The position numbers and the translations under genes were made by a program. Shown one piece after another: positions 21,527-33,800 of a stretch of DNA of 64,000 bases. Source of the stretch: a virus; IMG/VR virus record IMGVR_UViG_3300028393_000021. The stretch is one strand, 5' to 3'. The stretch's first letter is position 1. Every line of letters starts with the position of its first letter. Below the pieces are notes generated by a model. The model was not told the origin of the DNA. It saw only the letters and a list, made by a program, of their open reading frames with translations, and made no database searches.

Positions 21527-22984
21527 TTATGTTAAAACGCCGCCTGCATCTAAACTGGTAATTCCACCGTATACTGAATCGGGACGACCGCCATCAAAGT
21601 TACCTATAATTGCATTACTAGCACTGCCTGTGTACCCATCTCTACCGATAAATCCTGAACTACCTGTATATCCGTTGCTGCCTATATATCCAAGACTACC
21701 AGTATATCCTCTACCCGCGTATGCGCCATCTGCCCCAACACTACCGGTAAATCCAAGACCAAAACTACCTGTAAATCCCCTTTCAGTGCTGGCAGAACCA
21801 GTGTAACCAAAACTACCCCAATAACCAATACTACCCCAATATCCATTGCTACCCCAATATCCATTGCTACCCCAATACCCTTGGCGGCCTTCACTGCCGA
21901 CATAACCTGTACTACCGATATATCCGCTTGCTGTACTAGCACTACCAGTAAATCCAGTAAGTCCAACTACCCCTCGACTACCTGTATAGCTTGTACTACC
22001 TGTGAATCCCACACTACCCGTATAACCTGTACTACCTATATATCCACTAGCAGTACTTGCCGAACCTGTAAAACCAAAACTACCCCAATATCCCTGATCA
22101 CCTTGACTACCTGTGAATCCCACACTACCAGTAAATCCTAAACTACCAGTGAATCCATAAATGCCCTGACTACCTGTGAATCCAAAACTACCCCAATATC
22201 CCTGATCACCTTGACTACCTATGAATCCCACACTACCGGTAAATCCAAAACTACCAACGTAACCTTGACTACCTATGAATCCCACACTACCAGTAAATCC
22301 AAAACTACCAGCAAATCCCACACTACCGGTATAACCTCGACTACCAGTATAACCAACACTGCCCCGATAACCAACACTGCCCCAATAACCAACACTGCCC
22401 CAATAACCTGTAATACCTTGTGGGCCTTTGATTTCTCCTGCATCTATCCAACTAGCTCCACTCCAAATCCAAAGATGGCCAGTATCTGTGGCAATATAAC
22501 CATCGCCACGTGTTCCAGAAGGTGGCAAATCGGATGAAGCTGCTACTGATCCCAGGATATTAACAGAAGTACCATCTGCACCACGACTACCCACATAACC
22601 AACACTACCAGTAAAACCGGTAGCTGTGCTTGCTGAGCCAGTATATCCAAATTCAACCAAGGTCCAGTTTGCTTCAGCATTGGGACTTGCACCAGTAGAA
22701 CTATTTCTAACTTCACTGGATAATAATTTATATGTATAATATCTACCGCCCGATCTAGTATATCCACTAGCGGTATAGGTTGTTGTGACATATACAAGCA
22801 TACCTTCTTGCAATCTTTGACCGTAGATATCTGTTAATCTATCACCGGAATTTCCTGTAATACTTTGCAACGATCCGCGTATTTCAGTATCTAAAACAAT
22901 CGGCTGATTGCTACTAGGGCTCCATGTACCGGGCCATAGATTTCGCGTTAATCCATCATAATTTGTGCTTGTAGTTGAACTCAT
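21527..22984 (-). CDS. Gly-X-Y (GYTGSx) repeat fibre-like protein
   Basis: Long GF/YT/WGSx run with one V.ILGSV....DLP...GDGYI....GHLWIWSG..W insert. Confidence 0.85.
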   Translation of the reverse strand: MSSTTSTNYDGLTRNLWPGTWSPSSNQPIVLDTEIRGSLQSITGNSGDRLTDIYGQRLQEGMLVYVTTTYTASGYTRSGGRYYTYKLLSSEVRNSSTGASPNAEANWTLVEFGYTGSASTATGFTGSVGYVGSRGADGTSVNILGSVAASSDLPPSGTRGDGYIATDTGHLWIWSGASWIDAGEIKGPQGITGYWGSVGYWGSVGYRGSVGYTGSRGYTGSVGFAGSFGFTGSVGFIGSQGYVGSFGFTGSVGFIGSQGDQGYWGSFGFTGSQGIYGFTGSLGFTGSVGFTGSQGDQGYWGSFGFTGSASTASGYIGSTGYTGSVGFTGSTSYTGSRGVVGLTGFTGSASTASGYIGSTGYVGSEGRQGYWGSNGYWGSNGYWGSIGYWGSFGYTGSASTERGFTGSFGLGFTGSVGADGAYAGRGYTGSLGYIGSNGYTGSSGFIGRDGYTGSASNAIIGNFDGGRPDSVYGGITSLDAGGVLT

Positions 22985-25900
22985 GTTATACTCACATATG
23001 TATTACCGTTTTGCAACGTAATTCCATATAAATTATATGTAACTGCAACATACCCTGGTAATGGACTATCTGGTTGTAGATTAACAGTATTACCTGTGAC
23101 CACAGTTACATCACTTAACAACCCCGCACTTGCACCTGTTCTAAATGTAGTAGGTTGACTTCCACCAGCTCTTACAGCAAACCAAAGTGCTTGTGGTCCT
23201 CCACTTGAATTATTAATTAATCCTACTAACGAACTTGTTAAATTTGCTAATTGTGTTACCCCTGAGGAAAATCCCGTACCTGTTACATATGTTGATCTAG
23301 TGGGTATTGTTGACGCACCAGCAGTAAATACCCACAATGAAGGATAGGTAAATGAGGCATTTGGATTTGACGATGTTGCTGATACTATAATGTCATAGGC
23401 TGTACCGGTAACTGAACTAGGTCTTTTAAATGTAGTTGTAACTAACACAGTTCTACCACCTGTATTGTCTTTATGTAGACGGTCAGTAAATGTAAAAGTA
23501 CCCGAGCCAAAACCGTTATCAGCAGTTCCTCCTGCTATAGATACGCTGTGGGGGAAATTTACAGCATTTGTCATACCTGTTACAGTAATTGTATATGCAA
23601 CCGAGGCATAACTTTGTAAAAAAGTCAATCCTGTTAAATTAGACAACGAAATTGATAACGTAGGAGTTGCCCAATTAATTGACCAAGTGGCAGGTATTGC
23701 ATATGACACAGTACTTGATCCATCGTAGTAACTAACTCCCACTTGAGCACTAACGGTGCTACCGGCAATAGTACTACTAATAGGTCTTATATATGCAGAG
23801 CCGCTATACGTAAAGCCTTGTATCCAACTTATTCCTCCAGCAGGAGTATTCGATGGCGTCTGTGCTATAAACGTTGAGAATGCACTTATAGATCCTGCTG
23901 TGGCTGTAATTGATGTAACACTATTGATATATTGATCTGTAATATCCGGAGGATTAGTAACATTCACAATAAATCCCGAGGCAGGAACATCCCAATTTAA
24001 CGATGCACTAGGAGAAGGCACTGAAGACACCACGGGTGTAAATGTTGCCAATGTTAATTGCAATTTATTAGCTACAAATGCAGCAGTTCTAACTGGTTTA
24101 GTAACTAAATTTTCTTTATATCCTGTTAATGTTCTATTATCACCACTTGCAGTCCAAACTAATGTTTCATTGCCTGACCCTGCACCAGATGCAATATTAA
24201 TAGTTACATTATTACCAGTAGCAACAGCAGTAACTCCTGTGCCTGTAAATGCAATACTAGTTACATTTTGTGTTAATGTGGTAGCATTAGCAATGATAGC
24301 TACTGCCGATCCAGCTCCCGCACTACCAACATAACCTGTGCTACCTATGTATCCACTGGCAGTGCTGGCTGAACCAGTATAACCTTTGCTACCGGTATAT
24401 CCTAGACTACCAGTGTAACCTGTGCTACCTATATATCCACTAGCAGTGCTGGCTGAACCAGTATAACCTGTGCTACCCCAATACCCTGTACTACCAGTGT
24501 AACCTGTGCTACCTATATATCCACTAGCAGTGCTTGCCGAACCTGTATACCCAAAACTGCCCCAATAGCCAGTGTCTCCTTGACTACCAGTATACCCTGC
24601 GCTACCTGTATATGCCATACTACCAGTATAACCAAAGCTACCTGTATACCCAAAGCTACCCCAATACCCAGTGTCTCCTTGGCTACCTGTATATGCCATA
24701 CTACCAGTATAACCAAAGCTACCAGTATAACCTGTGCTACCTATATATCCTAGACTACCGGTATAACCTGTGCTACCAGTATATCCCAAACTACCAACGT
24801 AACCTTCACTTCCCCAATAACCGGTAATACCTTGTTCGCCGAGAGGACCTAGACTACCAGTATACCCAACACTACCGGTATACCCTGTACTACCTATATA
24901 TCCACTTTCGGTGCTGGCTGATCCTGTAAAACCAACACTACCTGTATAACCTAAACTACCGGTATAACCTGTGCTACCTATATATCCTAAACTACCAACG
25001 TAACCTTCACTTCCCCAATAACCTTGTTCGCCTTGACTACCTGTAAATCCTAGACTACCTTGAATACCTTGACTACCGAAATATCCTGTAAGACCTTTTG
25101 AGCCTGTAAATCCTTTACTACCAGTATATCCTAGACTACCAGTATAACCAAAGCTACCCCAGTAACCGGTAATTCCTTGACTACCGGTAAAACCTCGACT
25201 ACCTGTGTATGCCGTACTACCAGTGTAACCAAAACTACCAGTATAACCAAAACTGCCCCAATAACCAACACTACCTCGATATCCAGTGGATCCCCAATAC
25301 CCTTGATTACCTTGACTACCTGTAAATCCTGTTTTACCAAAACTACCAGTATAACCTCGAACTCCACGAGCACCTGTAATCTGCCCAATCTCGTTCCATT
25401 GAGATCCGTCATATAAGTAAAGATATCCCGGAAAACCAGCTGTTACATCGCCAACAATCCAGCCGTCACCAAGTTCGGGATCTGGCGGTAAATTTCCAAT
25501 AGTTAAAATACTACCTAGAATGTGTACTGAATCGCCTCGATCACCTTGACTACCTGTATAACCTAGGCTACCATCATATCCCTGACTGCCAACATAACCA
25601 AAGCTGCCGCTGTATCCACTACTACCCAAATACCCTGTAGATCCCCAATAGCCGGTAATACCTTGACTACCTGTGTATGCCATACTACCAGTATACCCTA
25701 TACTACCAGTATAACCAAAGCTACCCCAGTAACCGGTAATTCCTTGACTACCGGTAAAACCTCGACTACCTGTGTATGCCATACTACCAGTGTAACCAAA
25801 ACTACCAGTATAACCAAAACTACCCCAGTAACCAGTAATTCCTTGACTACCTGTATATGCCATACTACCAGTATAACCTAAACTACCAGTGTAACCTGTA

Positions 25901-27645
25901 CTACCTATATATCCTAAACTACCAGTATATCCAATACTTCCCCAAAAACCTTGATCGCCCGTACTACCAGTATATCCAATACTTCCCCAAAAACCGCGTA
26001 ATCCCTGTCCTCCGGTGAATCCCCTACTACCAGTATATCCATCAATACCTTGACTACCAGTGTAACCAAAACTACCAGTATAACCAAAACTACCCCAGTA
26101 ACCAGTAATTCCTTGACTACCTGTATATGCCATACTACCAGTATAACCAAAGCTACCAGTATACCCTAAACTACCAGTATAACCAAAACTACCCCAATAT
26201 CCAGTGTCTCCTTGACTACCAGTATACCCTGTACTACCAGTATAACCAAAACTACCCCAATAACCTGTACTACCAGTATAACCAAAACTACCCCAATAAC
26301 CTGTACTACCAGTATAACCTGTGCTACCCCAATACCCTGTACTACCAGTATAACCTGTGCTACCCCAATATCCTGTACTACCAGTATAACCAAAACTACC
26401 CCAATAACCTGTACTACCAGTATAACCTTTGCTACCCCAATACCCTGTACTACCAGTGTAACCTGTGCTACCTATGTATCCTAGACTACCGGTAAATCCA
26501 AAACTACCCCAATAACCTGTACTACCAGTATAACCCGTGCTACCTATATATCCTGTACTACCAGTGTAACCTGTGCTACCTATGTATCCTAGACTACCAG
26601 TATATCCCTCACTGCCCCAATAACCTGTACTACCAGTGTAACCTGTGCTACCTATATATCCTGTACTACCAGTGTAACCTGTGCTACCTATGTATCCTAG
26701 ACTACCAGTATATCCCTCACTGCCCCAATAACCTGTACTACCAGTGTAACCTGTGCTACCGGTATATCCTAAACTACCAGTGTAACCTGTGCTACCTATG
26801 TATCCACTGGCAGTGCTGGCTGAACCAGTATAACCTGTGCTACCCCAATACCCTGTACTACCAGTGTAACCTGTGCTACCTATATATCCACTGGCAGTGC
26901 TGGCTGAACCAGTATAACCTGTGCTACCCCAATACCCTGTACTACCAGTGTAACCTGTGCTACCTATGTATCCACTGGCAGTGCTGGCTGAACCAGTGTA
27001 ACCTGTGCTACCGGTATATCCTAAACTACCAGTATAACCTGTGCTACCTATATATCCACTAGCAGTGCTGGCTGAACCAGTGTAACCTGTGCTACCGGTA
27101 TATCCTAAACTACCAGTATAACCTGTGCTACCTATATATCCACTAGCAGTGCTGGCTGAACCAGTGTAACCTGTGCTACCCCAATAACCTGTACTACCAG
27201 TGTAACCTGTGCTACCTATGTATCCTAGACTACCAGTATATCCCTCACTGCCCCAATACCCTGTACTACCAGTGTAACCTGTGCTACCTATATATCCTGT
27301 ACTACCAGTGTAACCTGTGCTACCTATGTATCCTAGACTACCGGTAAATCCAAAACTACCCCAATAACCTGTACTACCAGTATAACCCGTGCTACCTATA
27401 TATCCTAGACTACCGGTAAATCCCAATGGTCCTATTTTTAAGATTAGATCACTATCGGTTGTTCCGTTTTTCCAATAATATTCTGATAGTACTCCGCCGG
27501 ATATTACTCCGATGAGTAAGCCTTGATGGCGTGTAGATGTAGTTATTGACGCTATAGCAGTGGCGGTACTGTCATAGGGGCCGTAACGACTATCAAGTGC
27601 TAAGCCTGTTCCTATTTTTATATTGTCATTTAATAAAATTGCCAT
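22981..27645 (-). CDS. Very long Gly-X-Y (GYTGSx) repeat fibre-like protein
   Basis: About 1000 aa of hexapeptide repeats between N- and C-terminal globular domains. Confidence 0.85.
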   Translation of the reverse strand: MAILLNDNIKIGTGLALDSRYGPYDSTATAIASITTSTRHQGLLIGVISGGVLSEYYWKNGTTDSDLILKIGPLGFTGSLGYIGSTGYTGSTGYWGSFGFTGSLGYIGSTGYTGSTGYIGSTGYTGSTGYWGSEGYTGSLGYIGSTGYTGSTGYWGSTGYTGSASTASGYIGSTGYTGSLGYTGSTGYTGSASTASGYIGSTGYTGSLGYTGSTGYTGSASTASGYIGSTGYTGSTGYWGSTGYTGSASTASGYIGSTGYTGSTGYWGSTGYTGSASTASGYIGSTGYTGSLGYTGSTGYTGSTGYWGSEGYTGSLGYIGSTGYTGSTGYIGSTGYTGSTGYWGSEGYTGSLGYIGSTGYTGSTGYIGSTGYTGSTGYWGSFGFTGSLGYIGSTGYTGSTGYWGSKGYTGSTGYWGSFGYTGSTGYWGSTGYTGSTGYWGSTGYTGSTGYWGSFGYTGSTGYWGSFGYTGSTGYTGSQGDTGYWGSFGYTGSLGYTGSFGYTGSMAYTGSQGITGYWGSFGYTGSFGYTGSQGIDGYTGSRGFTGGQGLRGFWGSIGYTGSTGDQGFWGSIGYTGSLGYIGSTGYTGSLGYTGSMAYTGSQGITGYWGSFGYTGSFGYTGSMAYTGSRGFTGSQGITGYWGSFGYTGSIGYTGSMAYTGSQGITGYWGSTGYLGSSGYSGSFGYVGSQGYDGSLGYTGSQGDRGDSVHILGSILTIGNLPPDPELGDGWIVGDVTAGFPGYLYLYDGSQWNEIGQITGARGVRGYTGSFGKTGFTGSQGNQGYWGSTGYRGSVGYWGSFGYTGSFGYTGSTAYTGSRGFTGSQGITGYWGSFGYTGSLGYTGSKGFTGSKGLTGYFGSQGIQGSLGFTGSQGEQGYWGSEGYVGSLGYIGSTGYTGSLGYTGSVGFTGSASTESGYIGSTGYTGSVGYTGSLGPLGEQGITGYWGSEGYVGSLGYTGSTGYTGSLGYIGSTGYTGSFGYTGSMAYTGSQGDTGYWGSFGYTGSFGYTGSMAYTGSAGYTGSQGDTGYWGSFGYTGSASTASGYIGSTGYTGSTGYWGSTGYTGSASTASGYIGSTGYTGSLGYTGSKGYTGSASTASGYIGSTGYVGSAGAGSAVAIIANATTLTQNVTSIAFTGTGVTAVATGNNVTINIASGAGSGNETLVWTASGDNRTLTGYKENLVTKPVRTAAFVANKLQLTLATFTPVVSSVPSPSASLNWDVPASGFIVNVTNPPDITDQYINSVTSITATAGSISAFSTFIAQTPSNTPAGGISWIQGFTYSGSAYIRPISSTIAGSTVSAQVGVSYYDGSSTVSYAIPATWSINWATPTLSISLSNLTGLTFLQSYASVAYTITVTGMTNAVNFPHSVSIAGGTADNGFGSGTFTFTDRLHKDNTGGRTVLVTTTFKRPSSVTGTAYDIIVSATSSNPNASFTYPSLWVFTAGASTIPTRSTYVTGTGFSSGVTQLANLTSSLVGLINNSSGGPQALWFAVRAGGSQPTTFRTGASAGLLSDVTVVTGNTVNLQPDSPLPGYVAVTYNLYGITLQNGNTYVSIT
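24320..27425. repeat. Degenerate 18-bp tandem repeat array encoding GYTGSx
   Basis: Units such as accagtataacctgtgct and accccaataacctgtact recur throughout. Related arrays lie near 10.2-11.8, 21.6-22.6, 28.7-28.9, 31.2-32.2 and 36.5-38.3 kb. Confidence 0.95.
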
Positions 27646-27661
27646 ATACGGTTATATTTAA

Positions 27662-29014
27662 TTAATAAAACTGATACACTCCGTTAGTGGTTTGTTGAGA
27701 AGGACTTATATAAATGGTGTACGATACACTGGACCAAAGTACTGTAGGAGAATTTACATTTACTGTGCCATTACGTTTCATAAATCCAGATGTTATTGAG
27801 CCATCGGGTGTTCCAATGTCACCGGTGTTAGTGGCATTTCCTACATTAAGCCATTTAGTTTTATTTGCATATGTTGCGGGAATCGCAAACCAAAGGAATT
27901 GACTATAAGCATTAAATGTAATACTAATTGTTCCACTGGCATTAGATAAATTTTTAGTTGATGTGCCCTCGTATATAATATTAGCAACTCTAGCTGCGGT
28001 GAAAGGGGATGCCTCTGATGAAACGCCCCAGAACCATGGATAAATTCCTGTAACAGTTACAACATCACTATTCAATGAACCGGCAGCAATAAAGTTTGTA
28101 GATGTTACTCCTTTATTATTTTGTTTAGGTAGGCCTGCAGCATAGAATGCAGAGCCACTCCATGATACACTGCTAGATGTGGTACTAATACCAGTTTCCT
28201 GTACTGATATTATTTTATAATAATAATTAGGGTTATTAGGATCAGCATAGCCAAACTGGGCTGCTACATCTCCAGCTGCGCCTTGTAAAGGGGCGGGTGT
28301 GGTTGGTATGAGTGGGGTGCCATTCTTAGTTATTTGTAATCTCGATAGTGCTCCTGCATCATTTTTAACCACAAGTAAAGTAATTTGCTGAGTGTAAATT
28401 ACTCCAACTTCGTTAGGACCTGCAAATGTACTTTGTATTTGTATTGCAGGATAGGTATAAGTTGGCGCTTGGTCAGGAAATAATATAGTGTCTAATACTT
28501 CTACAATGCTTTTAGTTTTCCATGTAGATGCAGGCAGTACACCGGCACCGCCAATAGCAATGCTATTGGTACTGTCGGGTACTAGAGTATTATACACTGT
28601 TGTTAGTGTGTTGTTAGATATAGCTACACCGGAATTGGGTTTTGGTACCAATGTAGGTGGTACCAGCGAAGCTAACCACTGTATTTCTGTTCCTACAAAA
28701 CCTTTAGCTACTGCTACTTCGTAAGCACTTAATCCTTTACTTCCCACATAACCAAAGCTGCCCCAATAACCTGTAATACCCTGTGTACCGGTACTACCAG
28801 TATAACCTGTGCTACCTATATATCCTAGACTACCGGTATATCCCTTACTGCCCCAATAGCCAGTAATACCCTGACTACCTGCATAACCACCGCTACCTGC
28901 ATAACCTATAGTGGTAGAAACGGCTTCCCAAAAACGTGTATTCCATTTCCAAGTACGGTTTCCGTAGGTATAACGCTCATTTGGTTCTGGTTCTGTAGGA
29001 AATTGTAATGCCAT
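27662..29014 (-). CDS. Virion structural protein with short Gly-X-Y segment
   Basis: N-terminal QFPTEP..N.RYTYG.RTWKW...FWE motif, GYWGS repeats, beta-rich C-terminus resembling that of 22981..27645 (YP..W......FAxP). Confidence 0.8.
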   Translation of the reverse strand: MALQFPTEPEPNERYTYGNRTWKWNTRFWEAVSTTIGYAGSGGYAGSQGITGYWGSKGYTGSLGYIGSTGYTGSTGTQGITGYWGSFGYVGSKGLSAYEVAVAKGFVGTEIQWLASLVPPTLVPKPNSGVAISNNTLTTVYNTLVPDSTNSIAIGGAGVLPASTWKTKSIVEVLDTILFPDQAPTYTYPAIQIQSTFAGPNEVGVIYTQQITLLVVKNDAGALSRLQITKNGTPLIPTTPAPLQGAAGDVAAQFGYADPNNPNYYYKIISVQETGISTTSSSVSWSGSAFYAAGLPKQNNKGVTSTNFIAAGSLNSDVVTVTGIYPWFWGVSSEASPFTAARVANIIYEGTSTKNLSNASGTISITFNAYSQFLWFAIPATYANKTKWLNVGNATNTGDIGTPDGSITSGFMKRNGTVNVNSPTVLWSSVSYTIYISPSQQTTNGVYQFY

Positions 29015-29067
29015 ATTAGTAGGTTTTCTATTATTTACCCTAATTATTTTTCAGGAGTCTAACTAAA

Positions 29068-30813
29068 TTATCCCTTTAATCGTCGCTTGACTCTGGGATA
29101 AGTCCTACTACTGGTTGGTCGTTGTTTATAATTCTGCTTTGGATAAGTCTCTGCGTAATCTAGTTTTTCTTTAGGGTATTTTAAATATAAGTTAGGACCA
29201 CCTAAAATTCCATTTATATTAGAAAATATAGCGGGTTGTCCAAATTCTGTACCGGGAAGTGGTGTGCTGAGTTGATCTTTAGTGGCGTATGCTTGTAAAT
29301 ATTCTTTAGCTTCAGTATATGTCATCCTAGGATAAGTTTCTAATGCACACGCTAATACTCCCGCAACTTGTGCAGATGCAACACTGGTTCCGCTGTAAGT
29401 TGATAGATAAGTAGTCCCTGCAATATTTCTTGGATCAACAGCAGGTGTGCCGCTAGTACCATACCAAGAACTTACAATTAATGTGCCCGGTGCAAAAATG
29501 TCAGTTCTTGGGCCCGCATTACTGTATGCGGCTTTCTTTTCTTCTGTTGTACTATCAATTGAACTTACATTAATAACCCCATCGGCGGCTGCTGGACTGC
29601 TGCCTCGATGGTAATAATAAAGAGATGTAGAAGTAATGAGAGCATTGTTAAAATTAAGGCCTGTGCTAACATCATTGTACATAGAATAATTACCGGCACC
29701 GCCAACAAATATGATGCCAGCAGCCAATCCGTCTGCTATGTCTGCATCTAATGCGCTATCCCTGACACCAAAACTTATAACGCTTGTACTGCTGATAAGC
29801 CCTAGATAATTTTTAAACGCATTCCAAGATGCAGGCGCAGGCGGCTTGTTAGATATTACGTCTTGAAATTGTATCTTTGGTATATTATCCAAATTTTGTG
29901 AGGTTGTTAATTCCCAACTTAAATTCACAATAGTTGGGTTTTTTACACCTGTAACTGGATTGATTGGTTTTGAATTATGAAAAGCCCTAATATAGTCCAT
30001 GACATAATAAGACCAATTGGTGGCAGCATTATCATTGTTACTGGGATAGGGATTTATATTGTATATGTTTGCACTGCTGGCCCATCCTTGAGTGTTACCT
30101 GCAACAACTCCTGCAATATGCGTACCGTGAGCACTATCATTATATCCAAGAGTGGGAAAAGTGTATAGATAAGTTCCTGCTGCGTCGGTGCCCCTCACAG
30201 CTACATTGTGCTGAAACCAGTTATACTGAATTACCCTACTCCCGCCTGATCCATCCGTATTAACAGCAAATTCTGGATGGCTGTTTGTAATGTGTCCATC
30301 ACATATAACCACATCTACATTTTTTCCTGTGTTGGTTATATTGATAGTACCAGCTGCGGTATTGGTTCCGTCAGAACCCCATCCAGAAATGGTATATCCG
30401 TTAAATGATCTTAACAATGCCCAATTCTTAGAAGAAGGTGCAGCAGTTAATTGTTTGCTCCACGAATTTGAATATTGCACCGCTATTGGTTTAATTTCCA
30501 AACCTTTTTCGGTATATGTTAAATCAACATCTTGTACCCTTGGATCTTTTCTTAGTTCTTCTGCTTCAAATTGAGTTAACAAATAGTGAGTATTTCTACT
30601 AATAGGTCGCCTGTCAGAAAGCACAACTTGCCTGTTCGGAATATATAAATCTCCCCCGACAGTTTCCATGTCGTTATAAAATGCATCTAGGTCTTGATAT
30701 TTTTTTAAAGTTACCACATATTCGCGTAGTGTTTGATTGTCAAACTCTATGATACCATCATCTGAACGTACTAATAAATTAAAAATTGAAGTATCCGTTG
30801 ATAATAGGTCCAT
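29068..30813 (-). CDS. Subtilisin-like serine protease, peptidase S8
   Basis: Triad motifs VVICDG (Asp), HGTHIAGVVAG (His), GTSVASAQVAG (Ser); AGN oxyanion motif; N-terminal propeptide-like segment. Confidence 0.92.
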   Translation of the reverse strand: MDLLSTDTSIFNLLVRSDDGIIEFDNQTLREYVVTLKKYQDLDAFYNDMETVGGDLYIPNRQVVLSDRRPISRNTHYLLTQFEAEELRKDPRVQDVDLTYTEKGLEIKPIAVQYSNSWSKQLTAAPSSKNWALLRSFNGYTISGWGSDGTNTAAGTINITNTGKNVDVVICDGHITNSHPEFAVNTDGSGGSRVIQYNWFQHNVAVRGTDAAGTYLYTFPTLGYNDSAHGTHIAGVVAGNTQGWASSANIYNINPYPSNNDNAATNWSYYVMDYIRAFHNSKPINPVTGVKNPTIVNLSWELTTSQNLDNIPKIQFQDVISNKPPAPASWNAFKNYLGLISSTSVISFGVRDSALDADIADGLAAGIIFVGGAGNYSMYNDVSTGLNFNNALITSTSLYYYHRGSSPAAADGVINVSSIDSTTEEKKAAYSNAGPRTDIFAPGTLIVSSWYGTSGTPAVDPRNIAGTTYLSTYSGTSVASAQVAGVLACALETYPRMTYTEAKEYLQAYATKDQLSTPLPGTEFGQPAIFSNINGILGGPNLYLKYPKEKLDYAETYPKQNYKQRPTSSRTYPRVKRRLKG

Positions 30814-30814
30814 G

Positions 30815-33800
30815 TTAAACCTCAGTCTGAACCATGGTCAATGTTACTGTGATACTTGTTGATGCCCCAGAATAATTTGTTACTGAAATTGGTATAATGT
30901 TAGTAACAGGATTTTCGTCGTTGAATCCCAACACCGCTGGGGTTAACGTAATTGTTTGTGAAATTGTGGTTATCACTTCGGTTATTACTCCTGCATCGCT
31001 AGCAGGATCTAAATTTGATAATCGATATAGGTCAGCTGTTCTTGCAGCCGATGTTGCATAAATTCTAACCCAAGCAGCCGCAGAAGTCTGTATTTTATAA
31101 AGGTTATATCCTTTAAAAGCAGTGATATTGATTGATCCAGTATTTTGATTAGCTAGTGCTACAATAGTTCCAGCAATTGTTGATCGAGAATTAATGCCAA
31201 CACTACCAGTATAACCTGTGCTACCTATATATCCTAGACTACCAGTATAACCAAAACTGCCCCAATAACCAACACTACCTCGATATCCAGTGGATCCCCA
31301 GTATCCGGTATTTCCCTGCAGGCCAAGGAATCCACTAGCAGCAATTTCTACCCAGTTTGCGCTAGAGCCATCATCAGTCCATACTAATTCTGCACCTGTC
31401 AAAGCATCTAACCATCTATCACCTGCAACTGGTCCATCTGGTCCTCCCTGCGGTGCAGTATCACTATATACAAAAGAACTTTCACCTTTAGATCCAGCGT
31501 ATCCTTCACTGCCGGTATATCCTGTACTACCAAAATATCCCAATGCAGCATATGCACCAGGGATACCTTGACTACCTACAAATCCATCAATGCCTTGACT
31601 GCCAGTAAATCCAATACTACCAGTATACCCTAGACTACCAACATACCCTAGACTACCAGTAAAACCCGTGCTACCTATATATCCTAGTTCACCGCGTTCT
31701 CCCTGAGAACCGTCATTACCATCTATCCCTTGTATTCCGTCAGCACCACGTACACCCTGAATACCCTGAATACCTCTACTACCTGTAAAACCTCTACTAC
31801 CACTAAAGCCCACACTACCAGTAAAGCCTCGACTACCAGCGTAACCAACACTACCCCAATAACCTGTACTACCAGTATACCCTGTGCTACCAACGTACCC
31901 TGTGCTACCAGTATATCCCACACTACCAGTATATGCCATACTACCAGTATAACCAAAGCTACCAGTATAACCAAAGCTACCCCAATATCCAACTACACCT
32001 TGACTGCCAGTAAACCCCTGACTACCAGTATACCCAAAGCTACCAATATATCCAGTTGCGGTACTTGCTGATCCAGTATAACCTGTGCTACCTATATATC
32101 CTAAGCTACCTGTAAAACCTCTACTACCTGTAAAACCTCTACTACCCGAATAACCTTTACCCGCTACAATAACAGGTATAATAACTTCCAAATTAAATGT
32201 AGCAGTGGTTGATTGTGGCTTTTTATCATATACTGTAACAACATAATTTGTTGATGAAAATTTAGTATCAACCTGTCCTAATAGATGTCCACTAATAGGA
32301 TCAAACTCTAATCCAGACGGCAGCGTAGTAGGTAGTATACTGTAGGTATATGGCGCAATACCGCCAATTGCTGTAACTGGTTGAAAATTATTAGTTGAAT
32401 AAATTTCTAAACTATATATACTTTGTCCAGCAGTTGCTACTAACGGGTCTGGAGTTATTTCATTTATAAGTAGACGGAATGACCCACTATTAGATTGCCC
32501 ATAAGTATCAGTTACGGTTACTGTAAATGTGGTATCTGTTCCTGCTATTGGTGTTTCGTCAATTGTTCCATTTATATATCGTAGTGATGATGGCAGTGAT
32601 CGATCTAATGCATAAGTAAGATTTCCTGACCCTTGGGCACTTATAGGAATAATAGGAGTAATATACTGAAGAGCTGTTCCATTTATTGTAGGATGGTCTA
32701 TCGAAATAGTTATAGGTTTAGGTACAACATTAAGTAAGAAACTAGTACTAGAAGTTTGTGGTACTGTTAAAGAATCAGTAGCTGTAACTACATAAGTTGT
32801 TGTAGCTGAAGTAATACTAGCTACACCACTAATAGCACCACTTGATAGATCAAATATAAGTCCACTTGGAAGATTTGGCGGTTTAGTATATTTGATTGTA
32901 CCTTCACCGCCGGAACCTAGTACTGGTGTAAATGATGGAAAACTACTATTAAGTAATAACGTAACACTAGCAGTAGTTGCAGTAGTAGTTAACGATGGAG
33001 GTTCTTTTATATATAAATTAAAAGTTTTGAAACTTGAATTATTTGCACTATCTGTAACAGTTACAGTAAATGTTGTTGTAGTTAATAATGTTGTACTTGG
33101 TGTACCACTTATTTCACCAGTAGAATTATTAAAATTAAGCCCGCCAATATTATTAAATGTAATTAATGGCGATAATGTAAAGCTATTTCCACCTGCACCA
33201 TACGTAGCTGTTACTGGGGTAAATGAAGTTATTAATTTACCCCTAGTCAACTGCATGTTCACCGGAGCCACCGACGGTGGAGCATATGCAGTTGCTAGTG
33301 GTCTATATGTAACTATTAATGCATAAGTCTGACTACTAATTTGCCCTAATCCATCAGTGACTTTTATAGTATATGTTTTAGTCCCATTTGTATTTGTGGA
33401 CGGGCTTCCACTTATTTGTCCATTGGTGGTACTAAACGTTAATCCAGTGTCTGCTGCAAGGTCAGTAGGTAATGTTTCAAACTTTAACGGAGGGGTTCCT
33501 GGAGAAACAATAGTAACCGGAGTAATTGCACTGCCAATACTTTCATTTTTGTAAAATGTACTACTTGAAATCGTTGAAGTAGTTGCAAGTGCGGGTGCAT
33601 CCTGTACTGTTAATACAAATGTACTAATGCTTTGCGTGTTTAACGAATCAGTGACAGTAACAGTATACGTATTTGATCCCGATGTACTAGTGCTTGCTGC
33701 TGTACCAGAAAGTACGCCAGTAACTGTACTAAACGACAAGTTGGGTGGTAAACTTGGACTAGGATTAATAGCATATGTATATACTTCAGAGCCACCAGTA

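Noticed and set aside
24320-27425. Possible CRISPR array
   Set aside because: Units are contiguous, degenerate and in frame within a CDS, with no unique spacers and no cas genes
22981-27645. Ice-nucleation protein (AGYGST-like)
   Set aside because: Period is 6 with Gly every third residue, not the 8/16/48 period of InaZ; similarity is only compositional
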